NCBI GenBank assembly: GCA_041601615.1
Contig: JBFIHX010000006.1
Coordinates: 32,001-96,000, forward strand
Direction: 5' to 3'
DNA length: 64,000 nt
Source of the DNA: Thermoplasmatota archaeon
GTDB taxonomy: Archaea; Thermoplasmatota; E2; JACPAO01; JAHFTW01
In this document: positions 58,401 through 64,000 of the stretch, in pieces
How the letters are laid out: each line of letters opens with the position of its first letter
Position numbering within the stretch: the first letter of the stretch is position 1
The notes under the pieces: model-generated
Database searches by the model: none
Told to the model about the DNA's origin: nothing
What the model saw: the letters and a program-made list of their open reading frames with translations, nothing else
Translations under genes and position numbers: made by a program

Positions 58401-59500
58401 AGACGTTGCTCCCCTCCAATCACGAAAGTTCGAGAGTTGCCGAATTCCGGAGTGAGCGTGACGGTCGTCGGTTGGTCGTAGGGCGAGATGAAATTGACGC
58501 TGCGAGGTGCGTTCTCCGTCGCGGGAACTTCGACGACAAAACTGCTTCCCGCGTGGCCGCCCGTGAGCGCCGGAACGAATCCGTGCAAGTCCACGAACGC
58601 CAAAAACGGAGCTGCGGTTGTCGCCGACCCACTAGGATCAATGCTGCTGAGCCTGAACTCCACCGCGTCGCCTCCAAGACCAACGATTGCCGTCTCTCCT
58701 TGATCTAGGACGTACTCGGACTGGAATTGGTGTGGGAGGTAGCTGGATCCCTGACGAATGCTGGCAAACACGCGAGTGTTGTCGTAGAGCCCGATGATGG
58801 TCGCCGTGGCCGAGCCTTGATCGGTTCGAGTCGCTGGAATTGCGCCGTAGTATGTATCTGAGGGTCCAGCCCAATGAATGGACGCCGCGGCACCAACATC
58901 GGCTCCTTGCAAGCTGGAAGGCGGATGATCGATGTTCGTGAGCGTGTCTAGGTAGACATGATACCGCTGGGTGCCCGCAGGAGATCCCGCCGGCCCAAGC
59001 GGCACAGAAGCCCACCAGAACAAGGTAATCACGGGGGACGTAGACGGGTCGTAGGCTTGGGATACTTCGGTTATGCTTCCCTGCACAAGCTGACTGGGCA
59101 CTTCGTACCTGTCCAGGCCGGTTCGAGTGCTGTCGTGTACCAACATGCGTCCCGAAGGACCGAAATCGGAAACGCGGACCACTCGAATGCTGTCCGGATC
59201 TAGTTGGAATCCCTTGAGAAGCGGCTTACCACCCCCCTCTGTGTGGATCCAACCCGCCTTTGCCAAGACGTCGGCCACATCAATGGTGGCCCGAACCGCC
59301 ACTTCACTGACCTGATACGAACGGTCGTTCTGGATGGTCACCGGGACCCGAATGTGATGGCCGGCGCTCGGCGCGGTGGGCCCCCACCATTCTGCAACCC
59401 CCGGGGAAGGAGGAGCCGCGTGGCTGCCAGATGCTGGATCCAGTGCCATGGGCAGCATGAGGATGGAAAGAACGACTGCACCCAGTGCACGGTGGTTCAT
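55487..59500 (-). CDS. 1337-aa surface protein: IgGFc-binding-like region, tandem Ig-like (COG1470/NEW3) domains, CARDB, PG-TM-basic tail
   Basis: GGAGG RBS and ATG 59500 overlapping the upstream stop. IGLYxxT and SSKPISV motifs, repeated VxNxGxxxD units, LDPLDQVIESNEGDN, APGLHLL...RKR. Confidence 0.85.
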   Translation of the reverse strand: MNHRALGAVVLSILMLPMALDPASGSHAAPPSPGVAEWWGPTAPSAGHHIRVPVTIQNDRSYQVSEVAVRATIDVADVLAKAGWIHTEGGGKPLLKGFQLDPDSIRVVRVSDFGPSGRMLVHDSTRTGLDRYEVPSQLVQGSITEVSQAYDPSTSPVITLFWWASVPLGPAGSPAGTQRYHVYLDTLTNIDHPPSSLQGADVGAAASIHWAGPSDTYYGAIPATRTDQGSATATIIGLYDNTRVFASIRQGSSYLPHQFQSEYVLDQGETAIVGLGGDAVEFRLSSIDPSGSATTAAPFLAFVDLHGFVPALTGGHAGSSFVVEVPATENAPRSVNFISPYDQPTTVTLTPEFGNSRTFVIGGEQRLPYTVGAWVNGATPACRPSSGNAALEPGMMYTISSTPNDIMVQLGGSMPVQQIPDLSGGPEGTDFAFTMVERWSRPEGGCRAFQEARSWWALSDSATAVRASSPEDTPAQFDPPPTASDPTPGKAVPVAPAYAGPFTQSNNKLDRPIYVNADDPTTVLAGFLRTSRAQVSGALGGQDALTFSGIGPASVIGLYPDTKVDLQVHRLTSGTTIQSEFVSEGQVHQIRDNANNDAVAGWTIQSSKPISVYGLADRPSFLSGTPAKVSVSVGVADFRGALLDIASTTGLEPQTASTTPGKSVTYSFAVTNLGRAADGSGLDDVANLRVGPLLEGWTAVLDQSVIPLSSGASSLVRLTVTPPEDAPARTSAVIPVIATSENNPSLSVSTGTVTYLKQSFNVGAWFDVVGGPKTKERSSGAGDSQTYKVVIKNTGTVSDTIDLEPSGIEPGWSVELRKPSDGKEVGQVVLDPASSVTLDLVVSPPPDLPDGLLVAILTATSASQPAAFDRITSITRVQAPADLRVEYDDTTRLVAPGAEAAFPIHVVNEGLGPIELNLEARADMPSGWAAPKFLLVNSVTGERIPVSKLSIGPGDELDFIVNTTVALDSLEGALGTVRALARAVNGGSSFEVAFTATTAARHQLTVLYDPILQGRSDGKPIAINMTIINKGNLDERISPGTLDAPADWRVANIAPVVIPRGATKAFTALLSGPIGAPASIFNLTLGLVSEDGSVTPAKLRVDVPKSTAIEVEGGIIRDAQPARPAVLDVNVTNTGNRRGHLEVRAADSWALRQSPAVFLEPGQTGVLHTGWLVPPTTKNGESTHSLEIVFVPEDSSPSVVHTIVRDVDVDRPQLRLKEAAPRAAPGGTLVVAIVENIGQRGAHDVQIQLQTASGEVVDEVVIGFLAPGNVATLSLLDSGKNKGLNIVLDPLDQVIESNEGDNIVAVSSLNAAAPGLHLLALIAVLATVTWVRKRSPR

Positions 59501-62500
59501 GATTGCTGCCTCCGGCGCAATGCCACAGCCGCAAGCAGGGGCGCGAGGATCAACCAACCAGGCAGAGGAACACCCCGGAACAGACTCGACACCAGCGTTT
59601 GCTCGTCGATTTGGAGCGTTGTCGAGGCGCCGTTGTTGTCCTCATGCAACTCCATCAGGCGCCCGGCTCCGTCGGCGATGGCCAGAATGAGGTGCGGGCC
59701 CGAACTTGCATCCTTCCACACAACCTCCACCCCGATCTCCTCTCCGGGCCGAATCGCGGGCACTTGCGCCAACTGAATCAGGACCCCATCCGCATAGAAA
59801 TGAACCATGCTTGCAGCGGCATCGGCAGAACCATCATTGCGAACAATGGCCCGAAGGATGATGTCGCGACCTTCCGATGCCGGTTGTGCGCTCACGGCAC
59901 CGATGATCAAATCGGGCTGAACCGTCAGGTCAGGAAGTTCGAAACGTTTCTCGGCCGTCAAATTTCCATTGGCGAGCAGGAAGACCAGGTCGCCTTTCGG
60001 AGTTGGAAGCCGTTCGTCCAAGAACACAGGGATACGCAGCACTTTCTCTTCCAACGGTTCGAGGTGGAATGGTGCGGGGTTCGTTGCTTGTGTCCCTTCC
60101 ACATGTAGGAACTGCCCCGTGACATCGATTGGTAGATTCGATCGAGACGCCACCGTGATCACCAACTCCATGCCTCGGGTGCCATTTCCAGGAGTAGGAA
60201 GACTGCGGTATTCGGTCCACCCACCCATAAGCGCAAGGGTAGGCAATATGCGTACTTCACGCGCGAACTGAGCTGTCCATGTGCCATCCACGGCTGCGAC
60301 CTGAATCGTGTTCGTGATATTACCCGGCGGCGTGTTGCTGGGAATGTGCAGCGTCGTAGGAATGGTCAACGTAGATTTGGCGTCGAGGTCAAACTCGCTC
60401 GGAATGAGCCAACCCAACAAGTCGCTCACCCGAACGGATTGATGCACATTGGAGTTCGATTGAAGCATCAAATCGACTTCCTGGTCCCCGGCTATCATGT
60501 CGGTGAATTTGGCTTGAATTCCAGCAGGTTGCAAATCAGCCGCAACTTGAACAATCGCCGGCACCGTGCTTAGAAGCCGCTTTTCCGTGGAAAGTTGAAT
60601 CTGAACTAGGTGTTGCCCCGCCACGGCATCGGCCGGGACCTTCACCAACACGAGCGCAGTCAGGCCTCCATCTGGCGTTACCAAAATGTCCGGCGTCAGC
60701 GTTTGAACGCTCCAACCCGCGGGCCCTTTGGCACTCAACTTGAGGCGCTCAAGGGAGGACCCGTGATTGTCGATGCGGACAGGGATGATGGTCGTGCCAC
60801 CCGATGCTGCCGCAACAAGGTCCGGCAGGGTCGTCGCAACGTTGTGGGTGCGGACCGACAGGCTCAGGATTGCATCGTTGTTATCCACCCGAAGCTCCGG
60901 GGCAGAACCACCGATGACAGTCGCACGGAAGTTGATGGACCCTTGGGTGTTCGGAACCACCTTGGACGCTTCGACCGTGTAGGATGCGCCCTTGGCCAAG
61001 GTCGGCAATGCCGCTTCCGTCAAGCTGACTGTATTGGCCAGGAGCCGTACCGTAGCGCCCTGCGCGGGCACCTCGCCAATGTTGGTAACGGTGGCGCGAA
61101 CGGTTGCGATGCCGCCGGCTTCGATGAACCGACCGTCGGCTCCGATGACTTCGATCTTCGTCACCTCCAAATCGGGAAGTTGCAGTGGGACCACTTCTAC
61201 ATCCAGTTCATCCCGATTGTTGCCGGGATTGAGATCCAACAAATTTCGGCCCGGATCCACTTCCGCAACCAAGGTGTAGGTCCCGGTGCGGGTCGGCACT
61301 GGCCATTCGGCAGAAATGACTGCCCGCGAAGCAACCGCTCCACACTCGCGCGGCGCACAAACGGGAGGAAGTTCCAGCGTCTCAATCGGCACCAAGGTCT
61401 GGTCTTCCTTGAAGAGTGCGCTTACAACCACCGTTGTGCGTTTCGATGGCTCGGCCCCGATGTTGCTGACACGGACGTGAATCGGAATCACGGAGCCTTG
61501 CTCATAGACGTCGTCGTCGCTCGGGCTCAATTGGACCGAGAGATCTGCTTTGGGCAATTGCCGGACGATCAACTGCGTGGCCAGGAACGTATTCGCTTGT
61601 TCTGCCAAAGTGCCTTGTGATTCTGCTATGATGCGGAATTCATGCTGGCCAGCAGGCATACTTTCCTTTGTATTCACAGTGAGCCAAATCAAACCAGATT
61701 CTCCTCCACCCAATTTAATGGAATCTTGGAGTAAGCGCACGTCCGGGTTGACTCCATCCACATTGAGAAGGCCGACGGACGCGAGCCTCAAATTGTAGGT
61801 GTCCTCCGCCGCCCCTGAATTAGAAATTGTGTATGCTATCGTCTTGGGTGCGTTGCGAACCAGCGGGAGGGTACGCATTCCATCCACAGAAGGACCAAGC
61901 TCAACGCCGCCGGAACCCAGCGCAATTTCGTCAATCTGCCAGCCTGGTCGCGTTACCTTGTTGATATCTTGAATGCCAACGTGGAATTGCAACACGACCT
62001 TCTCTCCGGCAAACGGCTGAGACTCCGGACCCAAGGGGCACCAAATTTGAGAAGCAAGATCGAAGCTTGTCTGAACGGGCTGACTCAATGAACCTTGGGG
62101 CCCCCGGTAGCTTGGGACGCCGCCACCCAGCGGATTTTGCCACTGGAGATTTTGAATCTGAAGGCTCCGAGTCAAACCATCGTAGGGAGAGCCGGATGAA
62201 GATTGAAGCTGCGTCCAGGAATTGGCAGTGGAGCCATTGCAAGTTCGTGGCACCCAATTTCCATTGGCATCCACGTTGACAATCGCAGCATCCACATGAC
62301 CGCCATCACCATCCACAAAGGAGAATGCATGCTCGATATCCAGCCCCATCCGTCCATTCAAGGACCTCGCCAAATCCTGGGGCGGACTGCGCACCCAAGA
62401 TTCATACCCGGCCCCTTGCGAGCACGGCAAATTGTCGGCCCGGGAGCCAGGGTCGTTGCTATCCTGGCCATTGCCACAATATCCTCTGCCGCTGAAGGGG

Positions 62501-64000
62501 TGCGTACCCCAAGAGAGGAAACCATCGGCGGTATCCATGCTGAACGCCGTATCGACTTGTTCAGCACTCCGAGTCCAACCAGCAGGCAATGGGCTTTCGA
62601 CTCCGTTGAAACCTTCCACCCAGGCCATCTCTGAATACCCAACAGGGAAGTCGAGATTGGCAACGGGGACGAACCCATCAGCCTTGACGGTCATCGTGTA
62701 GAGTCCCGGAGCAACGGCTGCGTTCGGAGACCATTCGAATTGAGCTACTTCTCCGGGCGCAACTTGGTGCGGTCCCGTTGACCCCGAGCGAAGAACATTG
62801 GTGCTGCCTAGTGACGTTAGTGCCCAGTCTAGATGGAATTGAGCAAGAGCGCTGCCGTTGTTGCGCAGGGTTCCCGATGCCGTGATGGCCCCATCAGAGA
62901 TGGGACCAGCCCCTTCAACAGTTAGCGGCAACCCAGACGGGCCCAGTCCCCACTGAAGGTCCGCCTTGTTCAAAGCATGCACAGTCCACGCACCTCTTGT
63001 GTTGGGAATGACGATGTCGTTTGGGATGGTGAACCTAGGGTAATAGTTCAACTGGCCGCCTTCCAGTTTAGTTTCTCCTCGATCTTCTAAAATACGCACT
63101 TCAATACGAATCGGCGTATCCACTGGAGGGTTGGGAATGTGAACATCAAACGAACGTTTGCTTCCAAGAGCTCCAACTTCCGTCAGAAACAGCGGACCCA
63201 CCACAGATTCCCCAGTTTGCTTCGTAGCCAGGGATGAATCGGGTATCTCGGTGATTCCAGGGATGTTCACATCAATGGGAGTTTCCGTGAGGGCATTTAT
63301 GGCACGCACGGATATTGCAAGGCGGTCGCGCGGAAGTGTTCCAATGTTTGCCACCTGCAGAGTCCGAGTGATGGGCCCCTCAGGATACAGCAAGCGATCA
63401 TCCAAGGAGGTCACGGCAACGTTGCGTTGGTGCACGGCAGCAGACAACTCCAATTCGTCGATGGCCCAGGAGCCCTCGAGTCTACTTCCATCCGTCGCGG
63501 CCCGCAACCGAATCTCCACGGGTGCCCCCTCGAAGACTGTGCCGCGAACGCGGACGCCAGCCACATCCCAGCCAGCAAGAGCGCCGGAGGTTTCATAGGT
63601 CGGATTGCTCCATGCATGGAAACCAAATCGAACTTTTTCACCCAAAAGTGAAGTGATGTTGAAATCTTCTGTCACCCAACCCTGGCTGTTTCCCGAAAAT
63701 GCATAGCCCAAGGGGTACGCTCCATAGTCTTGGTCCCTTCGCGTCGGACAACCCTGACAGATTCCTTCGAACGAATCGAAGGGATACCCATAGCCATTCT
63801 CCACAATCGTCCCTACACTGTCTGCTAGGACATTGCCGCGCAGAAGATAGGTCGGATATCCAGTAGCGTCGCGTCGGTCGTCAAGAATGGAATTGGGAGC
63901 CAGCGCGTTGCTTCGTCGAACCACGGAGCGTTGGAATTCTTCCTCAGCAATTTGCATCCAGGGCCCAAAGGTTGCAGTGATTGGGTCAAACACCTGGACT
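59497..64000 (-). CDS. Giant surface protein, 3' part (5' end outside window): beta-sandwich domains, three CARDB-like domains, PG-TM-RRR tail
   Basis: Frame open to the window edge. PDL.V..VxNxG..A...E....NN CARDB motifs; ends VPLPGWLILAPLLAAVALRRRQQS. Confidence 0.85.
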   Translation of the reverse strand, partial: VQVFDPITATFGPWMQIAEEEFQRSVVRRSNALAPNSILDDRRDATGYPTYLLRGNVLADSVGTIVENGYGYPFDSFEGICQGCPTRRDQDYGAYPLGYAFSGNSQGWVTEDFNITSLLGEKVRFGFHAWSNPTYETSGALAGWDVAGVRVRGTVFEGAPVEIRLRAATDGSRLEGSWAIDELELSAAVHQRNVAVTSLDDRLLYPEGPITRTLQVANIGTLPRDRLAISVRAINALTETPIDVNIPGITEIPDSSLATKQTGESVVGPLFLTEVGALGSKRSFDVHIPNPPVDTPIRIEVRILEDRGETKLEGGQLNYYPRFTIPNDIVIPNTRGAWTVHALNKADLQWGLGPSGLPLTVEGAGPISDGAITASGTLRNNGSALAQFHLDWALTSLGSTNVLRSGSTGPHQVAPGEVAQFEWSPNAAVAPGLYTMTVKADGFVPVANLDFPVGYSEMAWVEGFNGVESPLPAGWTRSAEQVDTAFSMDTADGFLSWGTHPFSGRGYCGNGQDSNDPGSRADNLPCSQGAGYESWVRSPPQDLARSLNGRMGLDIEHAFSFVDGDGGHVDAAIVNVDANGNWVPRTCNGSTANSWTQLQSSSGSPYDGLTRSLQIQNLQWQNPLGGGVPSYRGPQGSLSQPVQTSFDLASQIWCPLGPESQPFAGEKVVLQFHVGIQDINKVTRPGWQIDEIALGSGGVELGPSVDGMRTLPLVRNAPKTIAYTISNSGAAEDTYNLRLASVGLLNVDGVNPDVRLLQDSIKLGGGESGLIWLTVNTKESMPAGQHEFRIIAESQGTLAEQANTFLATQLIVRQLPKADLSVQLSPSDDDVYEQGSVIPIHVRVSNIGAEPSKRTTVVVSALFKEDQTLVPIETLELPPVCAPRECGAVASRAVISAEWPVPTRTGTYTLVAEVDPGRNLLDLNPGNNRDELDVEVVPLQLPDLEVTKIEVIGADGRFIEAGGIATVRATVTNIGEVPAQGATVRLLANTVSLTEAALPTLAKGASYTVEASKVVPNTQGSINFRATVIGGSAPELRVDNNDAILSLSVRTHNVATTLPDLVAAASGGTTIIPVRIDNHGSSLERLKLSAKGPAGWSVQTLTPDILVTPDGGLTALVLVKVPADAVAGQHLVQIQLSTEKRLLSTVPAIVQVAADLQPAGIQAKFTDMIAGDQEVDLMLQSNSNVHQSVRVSDLLGWLIPSEFDLDAKSTLTIPTTLHIPSNTPPGNITNTIQVAAVDGTWTAQFAREVRILPTLALMGGWTEYRSLPTPGNGTRGMELVITVASRSNLPIDVTGQFLHVEGTQATNPAPFHLEPLEEKVLRIPVFLDERLPTPKGDLVFLLANGNLTAEKRFELPDLTVQPDLIIGAVSAQPASEGRDIILRAIVRNDGSADAAASMVHFYADGVLIQLAQVPAIRPGEEIGVEVVWKDASSGPHLILAIADGAGRLMELHEDNNGASTTLQIDEQTLVSSLFRGVPLPGWLILAPLLAAVALRRRQQS

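Overview
A GC-rich archaeal chromosomal segment. Nop5-fibrillarin, PAN-MBF1, type II MetAP, membrane-anchored LonB and archaeal Hsp20 establish the domain. The non-acidic housekeeping proteins and many lipoproteins with PG-TM-RRR tails suggest an uncultured Thermoplasmatota lineage; this is an inference. Housekeeping genes alternate with many secreted or surface proteins. I found no rRNA, tRNA, CRISPR array, transposase or integrase. The main points of interest are: (1) 44-64 kb, a cell-surface locus with a divergent double-wHTH regulator, three tandem paralogous Cys-patterned secreted proteins, a large Gly/Asp-repeat protein sharing a 48-bp promoter element with paralog 1, a beta-helix protein, an intact secreted lysyl oxidase and two giant CARDB surface proteins, together a candidate cross-linked archaeal matrix or fibre system; (2) 20.9-24.6 kb, an operon of a volactin-like actin, a membrane protein and a protein with about 19 repeats of 20 aa, a candidate cytoskeletal module; (3) three Cys-rich secreted peptides or small proteins lying inside an acyl-CoA carboxylase cluster; (4) Nop5 with an RGG/GAR-like tail; (5) a LonB whose catalytic Lys is replaced by Met; (6) a CxxCH plus di-heme-b membrane protein paired with a type C two-domain multicopper oxidase; (7) a sua5 3'-end replacement scar. 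All family calls come from motif recognition by eye; no database search was run.
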